From Eledone cirrhosa (taxonomy: Eukaryota), in the NCBI GenBank assembly GCA_964016885.1, contig OZ024743.1, positions 87,978,001 to 88,042,000 on the forward strand: DNA of 64,000 nt, in the 5' to 3' direction. Position numbers and translations under genes: made by a program. Of this stretch, positions 13,170 through 26,679 are shown piece after piece; position 1 is the first letter of the stretch; every line of letters starts with the position of its first letter. The notes below the pieces were generated by a model. That model did not search any database. It was not told where the DNA came from and saw only the letters and a program-made list of their open reading frames with translations.

Positions 13170-13258
13170 GGAGTGACGCGTGTTTCGCGATTGATCAGCT
13201 CAAGGTTCGATCTGTATCGATCGGGCCTGACTCTGGAATCAAGAGCTCATCAGACTTC
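13170..13258 (-). ncRNA. Type-I hammerhead with 60-nt expanded stem II (family D-like), within island 13136-13325
   Basis: gaagt-CTGATGA-gc[...]gc-GAAA-cacgcg-TC-actcc; GUC cleavage triplet. Confidence 0.7.
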
Positions 13259-13366
13259 TGTTATCATCGTTTACCAAACCGAACCTCCAATTCTACCCAT
13301 TGGAAAACAGCTTAACACAAATGGTGTATATATATATATATATATATATGGGGTGGGTGGTAGCTG

Positions 13367-13451
<85 letters not shown>

Positions 13452-13519
13452 CTATGTGTTTACTAAGTATTACTTGCATTCCTTTATTTAGATAATCTTC
13501 GTCGTTTATATCTATCAAA

Positions 13520-13554
<35 letters not shown>

Positions 13555-14461
13555 CACTACTACTAATATTACTAATGCTACTAATACTGCTGCTGCTACG
13601 TAATCATAATTAAAGTTAAGATAACGTTCCTATGAAATGGTTGCTTGCAGAAAACAAAGATAAGAAAAATGTTGGACAAGAATTGGAACTCTTCAATGTG
13701 AAGTCTGAGAAACAAGCTGACCTTATGTACCTAATGTTAATGCTGTCTGTGTTGTAACAACAACATTACCACTACCACCACCGCAATGACAATAGTACTA
13801 CCACGACAACATCAACACTACCGCCACTACCTCAACAATACTACTGCTGCCACCACCTCGACAACAACCCTATCGCTGCAATAACAACATTACCACCACC
13901 ACCATAATAACACTATCCCCAATACCACAATAACACTACCACCACTACTACTACAACAATATTACTGCTGTCAACCACAACAACAACACTACCACCACCA
14001 CCACAACAACCCATCACTGCTACAATAACAACACTACCACCACCACAACAACAACACCACCACCACCACAACAACACTACCACCACTACAACACCACCAC
14101 CACCACCACAACATCGCCACCATCGCCACCACAACATCGCCACCACAACACCACCACCACCACCATCACCACAACAACAACTCTATCCCCAATATCACAA
14201 CATAACTACTACAACACACCGCCACCATTACCCCAGGAAAAACCTTATTAGTGCATAAGTGGCGGCTGATGTGTGTATGTGTGTATTCGTAGGCGTGTGA
14301 GTGTGTGTGTGTGTATGTGTTGGTAGGAATGTAAGTGTGTGTGTGTGTGTGTGTCTGTGTGTGAGTTCCTTACTCAATAATTACAGATGTAAACATAGGA
14401 ATTAAATAGGTTATTTTCAACTGCATCTGTTGCAAATAAAAAAATGCACCAAGTGCATATA

Positions 14462-14502
<41 letters not shown>

Positions 14503-14595
14503 GTGTGCGTGTGTGTGTGTGTGTGTCTGCGTATCTAAACACCCACATACATACACTCACATGTATATATATATAAATATATGTATATATATATA

Positions 14596-14763
14596 GTGTA
14601 GTATTAGTTTGGTAAAAATATTCAAGGTATAGAGCAACTCAAGTCCGTGGGGTGAGTTGGAATATAATTATTAAGGCCAGTTACTACAACGGCGCCATAC
14701 CAGGTACGTACGTTTCGTTAGCCTTGAGGACCAACTTGTAGTAACTGGTCTTAATAATTATAT
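14596..14763 (-). mobile_element. Small fold-back element (arms 14662-14689/14736-14763) with the 3' half of a hammerhead in its loop and a one-sided tail
   Basis: Minus strand: gttggtc(ctcaa)ggctaac-GAAA-cgtacg-TA-cctggt; CUGANGA half replaced by the inverted arm. Confidence 0.65.
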
Positions 14764-14788
14764 ATACATGTGTGTTTAATATAGAAAT

Positions 14789-14840
14789 GGCTTCTACAGG
14801 GCTAGAACTGTTTCATTCAAAAGAAATCATCAAGAAAGCC
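14789..14840 (-). ncRNA. Type-I hammerhead, family B
   Basis: ggctttc-TTGATGA-t-ttc(tttt)gaa-t-GAAA-cag(ttctagcc)ctg-TA-gaagcc. Confidence 0.7.
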
Positions 14841-14856
14841 TACTGTCATTGTAAAA

Positions 14857-14902
<46 letters not shown>

Positions 14903-14964
14903 GGAGTTTTTCAATATTGAGAACAACATTCGATTCGTTTGCAATTATGCAAATATGCCTTTTC

Positions 14965-15005
<41 letters not shown>

Positions 15006-15129
15006 TTACGTATAGGAAATTCCTATACCGGTATATATACAACTATGTCGAAACTAAATTTCAATATATTTTTTTCCGAATCACTCAACTTATAATTCTG
15101 TTTATCATTCATAGATAGAATATGTTTTA

Positions 15130-15280
15130 GTTGTTGAACCTCAGTCACTTCTAGTTGATCTGATCAACGGATCAGACTGCTCGTTAGAATAACGTTCATG
15201 TGGTGGAGTATGTCACAGACACGTGTACCTTTAACGTAGTTCTCGGGGAGATTCAGTGTGATACAGGAGGAGCCTTCAGT
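15130..15280. mobile_element. Fragment of another SINE-like interspersed repeat
   Basis: gttgatctgatcaacgga..cacgtgtacctttaacgtagttctcggggagattcag; related piece at ~55078-55107; identity from memory only. Confidence 0.4.
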
Positions 15281-15566
15281 TAGAATATGAATGTTTTCTA
15301 TTAACATTTAACTCCAATCATTACCCTACCTTTGCCGCTGTCTTAGTTTCTTTCGTTCACCCCCCCCCCCCCCCCCCACCCCCACCCCCCACCCCCCATC
15401 CCTCCCCCTCTCTCTACATTTACAAATTGGATTTAACTCAGAACTGTCTTTTATCGATCTTGCTGTGGAGAATAAAATCACATTCGAGCTTTGAATATTT
15501 TTCTGCCTTATACAATTGTATTACCAACTCATTCGATCTACCTTATATATAGATATGAATATATAC

Positions 15567-15631
<65 letters not shown>

Positions 15632-15799
15632 TATAAATATATATATATATTTATATATATATAAAGCAATTACCAACATCCATTCAATTAAGATAATATA
15701 TCTATCAATGTAAGAACAATTATAAACATTCAATTAATACTATAAATCTTTCTATATTAAGAAAAATATAACAAACATCTAATTAACACTATATATAAT

Positions 15800-15827
15800 C
15801 GCATATATATATACATATATACATATA

Positions 15828-15920
<93 letters not shown>

Positions 15921-15928
15921 ACAATTAC

Positions 15929-15972
<44 letters not shown>

Positions 15973-16091
15973 ACAATTACGAATATATATATATATATAT
16001 GAGAATAATTACGAATATATATATATATATGAGAACAATTACGAATATATATATATCTATATATATATATCTATATATATCTATATATATC

Positions 16092-16122
<31 letters not shown>

Positions 16123-16135
16123 ATAATTACGAACA
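15800..16135. repeat. (TA)n array punctuated five times by gagaa(c/t)aattacgaa
   Basis: Direct inspection. Confidence 0.9.
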
Positions 16136-16427
16136 TTTAATTAATGTTTTGACTTGGTTCTGGTTGAGAACGAAACAGATTGCAAACATGTCAGCGTTCT
16201 TCTAATTAAATATTATTCACTCCGCCATTGTAGCTTCCAGTCCAATATTTAGATTGTGGATTTTCCTTGTCCCAAAGCACAACCGCCTTCTGATACATAC
16301 ATACAAACATACACACACACACACACACACACACATACATACATACACACACACATACATACATACATCTACATGCATACATACATGCCTCCATACATAC
16401 AAACATACGTACGTACTTACGCACGCA

Positions 16428-16480
<53 letters not shown>

Positions 16481-16537
16481 ATATATATACACACACATAT
16501 ATATATATATGCATATATGTATGTGTGTATATATATA

Positions 16538-16691
<154 letters not shown>

Positions 16692-16929
16692 TATATATAT
16701 ACACACATACATATATGCATATATATATATGCATATATGTAAATGTGCGTGTATGTGTGTGTGTATGTGTGTGTACATATATATAGACACAAACACGCAC
16801 ATATATATGAATGTGTGTATATACAGAATATTTGCATATAATATCTATGTTTACGTGTGAGTATGTGTTTGCGTGTGCACGTGTGCGCGCGTGCGATCGT
16901 GTGAGTGCGTGTGCCTGTGTGAATATATA

Positions 16930-17010
<81 letters not shown>

Positions 17011-17405
17011 CTCTTTTTATAGTTAATAATGGAAAGGGCACGATTTTGTACCCGACGAACCTGTGATAGCTTTCCTAAAATATATGGAGGTGGAAGAGGG
17101 TGAAGTTAGTGCAATGTGGTGGTACCAGATGGGAGAGAGACAGGGAGTCGAAGGCTTACATCGTCAGGAATGTCTGGTTGAGGTAGGGGGTAATTGTAGG
17201 GGATAGGGAGCTTGTTTGAAACTGGATATGTGTGTTTGTGTGTAGGGATTGTGTTTGTGCATGTGTGTGTATGTGTGTGTGTAGTGTAAATATTGTGAGT
17301 TCGAAGCAGTACAAAACAACTTGAATTGTTGTGTTGGAAAGATCTGAAGGTCGTGTGACCTATACATGCATATATACATATGTTTGTTTGTATGTGTGTG
17401 TATAA

Positions 17406-17452
<47 letters not shown>

Positions 17453-17454
17453 CG

Positions 17455-17640
17455 ACAGTCGATCGACTCTCGTCAAATCGGACCGAGGAAACAATGTTTC
17501 CATTGGTCTTTTCAATTGCTAATACTATCTATCAGTCGCAACTCCAGATAGAAGGGGCAATGAGAAATAAAGTGTCTTGCCCAAGGACACAACGCATCCC
17601 CCGATTTGGGAATCGAACTCACAACCTCACGATTGCGAAA
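17455..17640 (-). mobile_element. tRNA-derived SINE family B
   Basis: Minus-strand B box GAGTTCGATTCCC followed by gcgttgtgtccttgggcaagacactttatt; homologous to 33810-33985. Confidence 0.7.
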
Positions 17641-17713
17641 TATATATAGAATTATATATATATATATCACAGAAAAAAAAGAGAATCAGTGTTGCAACGA
17701 ATGGTATTTATTG

Positions 17714-17774
17714 GACATATTACAATCGTTTCTCTGGCGACCATCTCGAAAATCACAAGGTCCTCAGATACGCC
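17714..17774 (-). ncRNA. Type-I hammerhead, family D with shortened stem II insert (island 17667-17798)
   Basis: ggcgtat-CTGAGGA-[..]-GAAA-cgattg-TA-atatgtc. Confidence 0.65.
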
Positions 17775-17852
17775 TTGATTCTTCGAATCAGATTGTCCTA
17801 TATATATATATATATATTTGAAAATTGCAAACTCGACTGTCACCACATATCA

Positions 17853-17891
17853 TGAACCTGAAGATTGCGAAAGCATGAAAGTACTTGTTCA
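17853..17891 (+). ncRNA. Minimal type-I hammerhead
   Basis: tgaac-CTGAAGA-t-tgc(gaaa)gca-t-GAAA-gtac-TT-gttca; 5-bp stem I, palindromic stem III AGTACT. Confidence 0.8.
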
Positions 17892-18009
17892 ATTAACACT
17901 TAGAATTTAATATTCTATCATACTATTTCATTATAATACCATTATATATATTTTAAAGGATTGTAAATAAAACGAGTAAATCAGACAAAGTTGGAATTCC
18001 TCTTATTAA

Positions 18010-18074
18010 TATATATATATATATATATTTTGTATATATATATATATATATATATATATTGTATATATATATAT

Positions 18075-18147
<73 letters not shown>

Positions 18148-18307
18148 TATATATATATATTGTATATATATATATATTGTATATATATATATATTGTATA
18201 TATATATATATATATATTGTATATATATATATATTGTATATATATATTGTATATATATATATATATATTGTATATATATATATATTGTATATATATATAT
18301 ATTGTAT
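18010..18307. repeat. [(TA)nTTG]m array
   Basis: Direct inspection. Confidence 0.9.
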
Positions 18308-18884
18308 ATAAAATATTAAAAAAATAATGAATAAAACAATGAAACAGTTCCTTATATTAAACAAAAAAAGTTCATTATTTAACGATCGTTTCTAGGATAT
18401 ATATGTGTTAGAATTGGCATGCATATTCAACAGATCTATGTACAAAATTATACAAAATTATACAAACTATCAAAATTAAATATACATACCAAACACATAT
18501 ATATGCCGTCTTCAGAAATAATGAAATATATTTATTGATGGAAGACGGCATATATATGTGTTTGGTATGTATATTTAATTTTGATAGTTTGTATAATTTT
18601 GTATAATTTTGTACATAGATCTGTTGAATATGCATGCCAATTCTAACACATATATATCCTAGAAACGATCGTTAAATAATGAACTTTTTTTGTTTAATAT
18701 AAGGAACTGTTTCATTGTTTTATTCATTATTTTTTTAATATTTTATCTTGACTCTGTTTTCCGTTTATCTTTCACCGAAAGTGATTTTTCATTGCATCTC
18801 TTCTTTCCATGATATCCGGATTACATTGAGTTCTTCATACGGATTGGACACTACCGTAAACTCTTGGTAGATTTATCTACATAG

Positions 18885-18888
<4 letters not shown>
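18308..18888 (+). mobile_element. Fold-back element: apparently perfect 206-bp arms (18308-18513/18541-18746), 27-nt loop, ~140-bp tail
   Basis: No mismatch found by eye between arms; embedded in (TA)nTTG arrays. Confidence 0.85.
18530..18677 (+). ncRNA. Hammerhead-like motif with ~120-nt hairpin as stem II
   Basis: TTGATGG-[atatatatgtgtt/aacacatatatat and tggtatgtatatttaa/ttgaatatgcatgcca pairings]-GAAA-cgatcg-TT-aaat; core and stem I imperfect. Confidence 0.45.
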
Positions 18889-20023
<1,135 letters not shown>

Positions 20024-20107
20024 CAGAAAGTTCTCGCCAATTTTCAAATTGCCGATGTTTTAACATTAGGAACATTTTACAAGTCAAATTGATCGAGAAA
20101 CAATTAT

Positions 20108-20493
20108 TGTGAATTGGCAGTATCGGTAGAGGATCGCACGCCATGCTTTGACACATAGAGTTACGGCCCTTGCCATTCTGAGTTCAAATCCCGCCGAGGT
20201 TAACTTTTCTTTTCATCCTTACGGGGTCGATAAAATAAAGTACCAGTAATGTACTGGGTAATTGCTGGACTTGTGCCAATAGTAGAAACAATTATTAAAG
20301 TAGAAACAATTATTTGGCGGTGAATTGGCAGTATCGGTAGAGGGATGGACGCCATGCTTTCTAGCATAGTTACGTCCCTTTACGGTCTGAATTCAAATCC
20401 CGTCGAGGTTAACTTTGCCTTTCATCCTTACGGAGTCGATAAAATAAAGTACCAGTAATGTACTAGCCTTGTACCAAAAGTAGAAACAATTAT
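20108..20493 (+). mobile_element. Two tandem SINE family A copies
   Basis: A box/B box/central domain repeated at ~20108-20295 and ~20316-20493. Confidence 0.9.
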
Positions 20494-20499
20494 TTGGGA

Positions 20500-20628
20500 T
20501 TACCACCTACCAATCATTTAGGAAAGCACATGATTCCATCCCTGTAGAATTCTTCTGGCTTCGATGCAAAGGATTCCGTCAGCCACTGATTTAACTGGTC
20601 TTCAATATTTCTAGAAAATTCTCCCAAA
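20500..20628 (-). mobile_element. mariner transposase C-terminal remnant
   Basis: DQLNQWLTESFASKPEEFYRDGIMCFPK resembles mariner W...FFASK..EFYR.GI..LP.RW. Confidence 0.75.
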
Positions 20629-20708
20629 ATACATATATATATATATGTACATAATACATAAATGGAGAAGGCTAATAGCGATACTCCGACCAATTTCCAA
20701 CTCACTCA

Positions 20709-20776
<68 letters not shown>

Positions 20777-21169
20777 TGTCAAGATTTTCCGTTGACTATA
20801 TAACGGAAAGAGAGCGCTCTGTGTTATATATACAGAGCTAAAGTAATTTACTATAAGTTCTCTACACAGCTGCATGCTAACTAAGGTTTCAAAGTCTACT
20901 CTAGCATAGATCTTAGAGATTGTATATGTGCTAGTGTTGCTTATCTTTTAGGCAATACCTTGCTATTACATATGTATGTAATAGCGAGGTACATTCTCTC
21001 TGTATATCACGTTTTCTCTCTCTCCCTTTCTCTTTCTCTCTTTCCCCCTCACTCTGCCTCCCACTACACCCACTTCCTGTCCTCGTCAAATTGACTAAAA
21101 ATTCGTTCTTCAATCCTTGACTTTGTCCAAGACATTTCAAATACATTTTCATAAACAACTCCTTAACAC

Positions 21170-21900
21170 CTCACCACTACCACCACTTCTACAATTACCA
21201 CTACTACTATTATCACCACTACCACCACTTCTACAATTACCACTACTACTATTATCACTATTATCAGTACTACCACCACTTCGATAATTACCACTACTAC
21301 TATTATCACTATCATCAGTACTACCACCACTTCTACAATTACCACTACTACTATTATCACTATTATCACTACTACCACCACTTCTACAATTACCACTACT
21401 ACTATTATCACTATTATCAGTACTACCACCACTTCTACAATTACCACTACTACTATTATCACTATTATCAGTACTACCACCACTTCTACAATTACCACTA
21501 CTACTATTATCACTATCATCAGTACTACCACCACTTCTACAATTACCACTACTACTATTATCACTATCATCAGTACTACCACCACTTCTACAATTACCAC
21601 TACTACTATTATCACTATTATCACTACTACCACCACTTCTACAATTACCACTACTACTATTATCACTATTATCAGTACTACCACCACTTCTACAATTACC
21701 ACTACTACTATTATCACTATTATCAGTACTACCACCACTTCGATAATTACCACTACTACTATTATCACTATTATCAGTACTACCACCACTTCGATAATTA
21801 CCACTACTACTATTATCACTATTATCACTACTACCACCACTTCTACAATTACCACTACTACTATTATCACTATCATCAGTACTACCACCACTACCACCAC
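21170..21900. repeat. ~42-bp minisatellite
   Basis: accaccacttctacaattaccactactactattatcactattatcagtact-like units. Confidence 0.9.
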
Positions 21901-22346
21901 TTCTTTCAATATCACCTTTACCATCGTTATAATCACTACCAAAAACAACAACAACAACACCATTATCACCATCACCATCGCCAACGACATCACCAACACT
22001 ACTTCTACTACTACTACTACTACTACTACTAACAACAGCAGCTACAACAAGTGCGACAGCAATACCACTTTAGGAAATTAGTATCAGTGTATATAAATAT
22101 TATCAAGAATGACAATAAATGCAAGTGAGAGTTGTGACATGGTTTTACTTCACAGAAGTCAAATAAATTGATATAAATAATTGTTACCACATGTTGATGT
22201 TCAGGTGGTCACAACTCCCAGACTGGAGTGTGTGGAGGAGAACAGAAAATCTTCTCTTGGTAAGGTTCAAGTGTTTCTTTAGGCTGCCAGTGTTCTTCTT
22301 CTTGGGTGCAAAGGAAGTGAAACAAGAGTCATCTCTTGACAAGGTC

Positions 22347-22581
22347 TCAGGTGTTCTTGTCCCTTCGAAGTTCAGGAGTAGAGTGTGTCTTATGCCTTGA
22401 TTGTCCTCGACTATATAGTCCCCAGGGGGATGCAACTCCGTTTAGTACATGAATCTGCCGCTGGGAGTCGCGCCCGTCGCAAAAGGACGTAACTCCTATA
22501 CGTGCTGAGTTACGACCGTCGTAAATGGACGCAACTCCTATACGTGCTGAGTCACAGCCGTAAGGGGCCGCTACACCACCA
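22347..22581 (-). CDS. Possible terminal coding exon of an unidentified gene (..APYGCDSARIGVASIYDGRNSARIGVTSFCDGRDSQ..RHKTHSTPELRRDKNT*)
   Basis: Unique GC-richer island, acceptor-like atatttcttgttag|, in-frame 42-bp internal duplication; no family recognised. Confidence 0.25.
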
Positions 22582-22944
22582 CTAACAAGAAATATAGCAA
22601 CAACAACAAGAACAGCAACAAAAACACCATCGCAACCATCATCACTATTACCAACAACAACACTACCATTATCACCATCACCAACAAGACCACCATTACA
22701 ATCACCATCACCACTACTACTATTAACAACAGCAACTACAACAACTGCAACAACAATACCACCAGACAAGAAATACAACAATAACAACAACAGCAACAAG
22801 TGTTTCCTCTTGAGAAAGAAATGGTAAAATGTCAGGCAAGGAAACTATTAATTCAAAACTGTGTTGAATATTAGGTCTTCAGTTGTTCCACTTGTGTAGA
22901 CATTACACCACCTACTGACTGTGTGTGTGTGTGTGTGTATGGGT

Positions 22945-22975
<31 letters not shown>

Positions 22976-22989
22976 AGGGAGAGAGGGAG

Positions 22990-23198
22990 TCCCGGGTTCA
23001 GTCGAGGGTAACCACATTAAGTAAGGTACTCAATACATTAGTAGAGTGTAAACATCATGTTTATAATAGAAATGGTTTCTACGGGAATAGAACTGTTTCA
23101 TTCAAAAGAAATCATCAGAAAAGTGGCTTTCCTGGTGATTTCTTTTGAATGAAACAGTTCTAGTCCTGTAGAAGCCATTTCTATATTAAACATGGTGT
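22990..23198. mobile_element. Family B fold-back element; hammerhead on each arm (23074-23123 minus, 23125-23176 plus) plus tail 22990-23051
   Basis: ggctttc-CTGGTGA-tttcttttgaat-GAAA-cag..ctg-TA-gaagcc and its inverted CTGATGA copy. Confidence 0.8.
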
Positions 23199-23368
23199 GT
23201 GTCTGTGTGTGTGTACATATATACTAACGGTAAACATACTGACTGATCAGGATTACGTATGTAACCAACCAATCAATAAATGATGATGCAATTCTGATTT
23301 GTCAGTCAGTGACGGAGTATATGTAGAATATGGAAACTTTTTAACATCTACTCCGAAGATCGCATTAT

Positions 23369-23436
<68 letters not shown>

Positions 23437-23561
23437 TGTGTGTGTGTTGTGTGTGTGTGTACCACCCCCACTCTCAAGCGTGAACCTAATACCTAACACC
23501 TTTCGTAACTACTCCTTGTTGTTGTTATTTACTTTTTCTATATATATATATATATATATAT

Positions 23562-23726
23562 GTAGGAGTAAGTAAGACCCCGACGGCTGAGCTCAAGCCG
23601 TTTCGACGGCTAATTCTGTACTCAGCCGTCGGGGTCTTACTTACTCCTATTACCCACTCTACTACCCTAAGTATTGAGTACTTTGGTGCGTTATGGTCCA
23701 CCTGGTTCCTTACCACTTTTCCTTCG

Positions 23727-23728
<2 letters not shown>
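23562..23728 (+). mobile_element. Family C fold-back element in (TA)n, left arm only
   Basis: Hairpin taggagtaagtaagaccccgacggctgag../..ctcagccgtcggggtcttacttactccta plus tail; absent from mirror site. Confidence 0.85.
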
Positions 23729-23790
<62 letters not shown>

Positions 23791-23796
<6 letters not shown>

Positions 23797-23922
23797 ATGC
23801 CCTAAGGACAGACACTGGTCTGTTTGAGATGCAGGACATGGCAGCGATAATGAGGGGCAGAGACCGCTGGAGAGAACTCGTCCATGGATCTCGGGAATTT
23901 TACCCGCCTTAGATAGATAGTT

Positions 23923-23925
<3 letters not shown>
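23791..23925 (+). mobile_element. Short 3' fragment of the 12060-13119 RTE family with (TAGA)n tail, in (TA)n
   Basis: [25 protein letters not shown] match; absent from mirror site. Confidence 0.9.
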
Positions 23926-23992
<67 letters not shown>

Positions 23993-24036
23993 GGAATTAC
24001 TTCATTTATATATATATATATATATATACAATTTAT

Positions 24037-24214
24037 AAAGGCTTCTACAGGGCTAGAACTGTTTAATTCGGGAGAAATCATCAGGGGCTTCCTCATGATT
24101 TCTCCCGAATGAAACAGTTCTAGTCCTGTAGAAGCCTTTCTATATTAAATATTTATACTCTACTTTGTATTGAGTACCTTACTTACTGTGGTTACCTCCG
24201 ATTGAACCCGGGAT
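24037..24214 (+). mobile_element. Family B fold-back element with hammerheads (mirrored at ~25640-25815)
   Basis: ggcttc-CTCATGA-tttctcccgaat-GAAA-cag..ctg-TA-gaagcc, inverted partner 24040-24090, tail ending aacccggga. Confidence 0.8.
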
Positions 24215-24272
24215 AAACTTATACCTTCCATATACTGTACCGATTGTGTTGTTATTTCTCTTTACCTTTTAC

Positions 24273-24311
<39 letters not shown>

Positions 24312-24312
<1 letters not shown>

Positions 24313-24676
24313 AAAAGGTAAACAGAAATAACAACACAATCAGTACAGTATATGGAAGGTATATACATGGTTAACGCTTGATATAGCAGGAAGAGGGTCT
24401 TGACGTTGTATCTGAACTTCCACCAGGAAATCTTTCCTATCACTGAAATTTTCTTTGCTTCTTATATATATATTTTCAATCACATATATTTTTATTGTTT
24501 GAGCCGAATTACTTGGTCGTTTCTTTGGCTGTGCGGATGTTTGTTTAACCATCGTCTCAGTGTGTTTGGCCTTTAACGTATGTTGTAGCTCTGGTTCATC
24601 TGAATCATTGAGCACTTGCCACACATCTCGGGAGGTTGTTTTCGTTAATTCCTAAGCCGAAATACGATTCTCGCTA

Positions 24677-24680
<4 letters not shown>
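24312..24680 (-). mobile_element. Family F element (mirrored at 25131-25500), 3' end abutting (CA)n
   Basis: aagac.ct.ttcct..tat.tcaagcgttaa..ctgtact..ttgttatttctgtttac shared with 36190-36311. Confidence 0.65.
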
Positions 24681-24731
<51 letters not shown>

Positions 24732-24933
24732 ATAAGAAACGGAGAATCAGTGTTGTGACGAATAGAATCTATTAGACATATTACAATCGTTTCTCTGGCG
24801 ACCAGCTCGAGGCACGATCGATGTAATGATCGAACACGACTATGAAATCACAAGGTCCTCAGATACATCTCGATTCTACGAAGCAGACTTTTTTTTATTT
24901 TTTTTTATTTGGAAACTCTGCTTCGTAGAATCG

Positions 24934-25030
24934 AGACGTATCTGAGGACCTTGTGATTTCATAGTCGGGTTCGATCATTACATCGATCGTGCCTCGAGCT
25001 GGTCGCCAGAGAAACGATTGTAATATGTCT
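24934..25030 (+). ncRNA. Type-I hammerhead family D with 62-nt stem II insert (mirror at 24774-24870 minus)
   Basis: agacgtat-CTGAGGA-[62 nt]-GAAA-cgattg-TA-atatgtct; 8-bp stem I. Confidence 0.75.
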
Positions 25031-25072
25031 AATAGATTCTATTCGTCACAACACTGATTCTCCGTTTCTTAT

Positions 25073-25133
<61 letters not shown>

Positions 25134-25497
25134 TAGCGAGAATCGTATTTCGGCTTAGGAATTAACGAAAAACAACTTCCAAGATGTGTGGCAAGCGCTC
25201 GATGATTCAGATGAACCAGAGCTACAACATACGTTAAAGGCCAAACACACTGAGACGATGGTTAAACAAACATCCGCACAGCCAAAGAAACGACCAAGTA
25301 ATTCGGGTCAAACAATAAAAATATATGTGATTGAAAATATATATATAAGAAGCAAAGAAAATTTCAGTGATAGGAAAGATTTCCTGGTGGAAGTTCAGAT
25401 ACAACGTCAAGACCCTCTTCCTGCTATATCAAGCGTTAACCATGTATATACCTTCCATATACTGTACTGATTGTGTTGTTATTTCTGTTTACCTTTT

Positions 25498-25582
<85 letters not shown>

Positions 25583-25962
25583 AAAGGTAAAGAGAAATAA
25601 CAACACAACCGGTACAGTATATGGAAGGTATAAGTTTATCCCGGGTTCAATCGGAGGTAACCACAGTAAGTAAGGTACTCAATACAAAGTAGAGTATAAA
25701 TATTTAATATAGAAAGGCTTCTACAGGACTAGAACTGTTTCATTCGGGAGAAATCACGAGGAAGCCCCTGATGATTTCTCCCGAATTAAACAGTTCTAGT
25801 CCTGTAGAAGCCTTTATAAATTTTATATATATATATATATATATATAAATGAAGTAATTCCGTATATATATATATATATATATATAGGAAAAGTAAATAA
25901 CAACAACAAGGAGTAGTTACGAAAGGTTTTAGGTATTAGGTTCACGCTTGAGAGTGGGGGTG

Positions 25963-26051
<89 letters not shown>

Positions 26052-26094
26052 GGATAATGTGTAGATGTTAAAAAGTTTCCATATTCTACATATA

Positions 26095-26275
26095 CATTAC
26101 ATCGATCGTGCCTCGAGCTGGTCGCCAGAGAAACGATTGTAATATGTCTAATAGATTCTATTCGTCACAACACTGATTCTCCGTCTCTTATGTGATATCA
26201 TACTCTGCTCTGTAAGAGCATCAAGTGGTCAAACGGCATACCGCATACGGACGTATTTAAGCATCCCACACCAAA
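26095..26275 (+). mobile_element. Third, 5'-truncated family D copy with tail, closing the palindrome
   Basis: Matches 24976-25078 then continues into tail catactctgctc..gagcatcaagtg..ggcataccgc, homologous to 26680-26758. Confidence 0.85.
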
Positions 26276-26679
26276 TATATATATATATATATATATGAAG
26301 TAAATTCCGGTCCGCTGGCTCCTAGAAGTCTTATATATTTTTATGTGAGCTGATAGAGGGCAGTTTAAGGATTTACAGAAACCCAAGAAGCTAGATTTAC
26401 CATCTTTCTAGCGGGTCCGGGTATGCTTTTTACATTCATTTGATTTATTGATTTATTGATATTTTTTCTGAGTGTCCCGAATCTTCCAGATCGCAATTTT
26501 TCGGTCGTACGGTTGATTATAGACTTGTTCTATGTGTGACGGTATTTTAACGATAGTTATAGCTCTGATTTATCTGAATTATTGAGCCCTCTGCCGCTCA
26601 TTTCGAATTTTGTTTATCGTGAACTCGTGCGCCGATTTTTCGATACTCGATTATTCTACTATATATATATATATATATA

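Larger units (their letters stand above)
23317..26095. repeat. ~2.8-kb composite palindrome (left arm 23317-24887, right arm 24917-26095)
   Basis: Every unique block and microsatellite is mirrored around a T-rich spacer at 24888-24916; scattered substitutions between arms. Confidence 0.92.

Noticed and set aside
25186-25470. 94-aa ORF as a GIY-YIG endonuclease tail (IENIYI)
   Set aside because: There is no GIY/YIG or EH motif, and the resemblance is too short. Its duplicate on the minus strand is simply the palindrome mirror.
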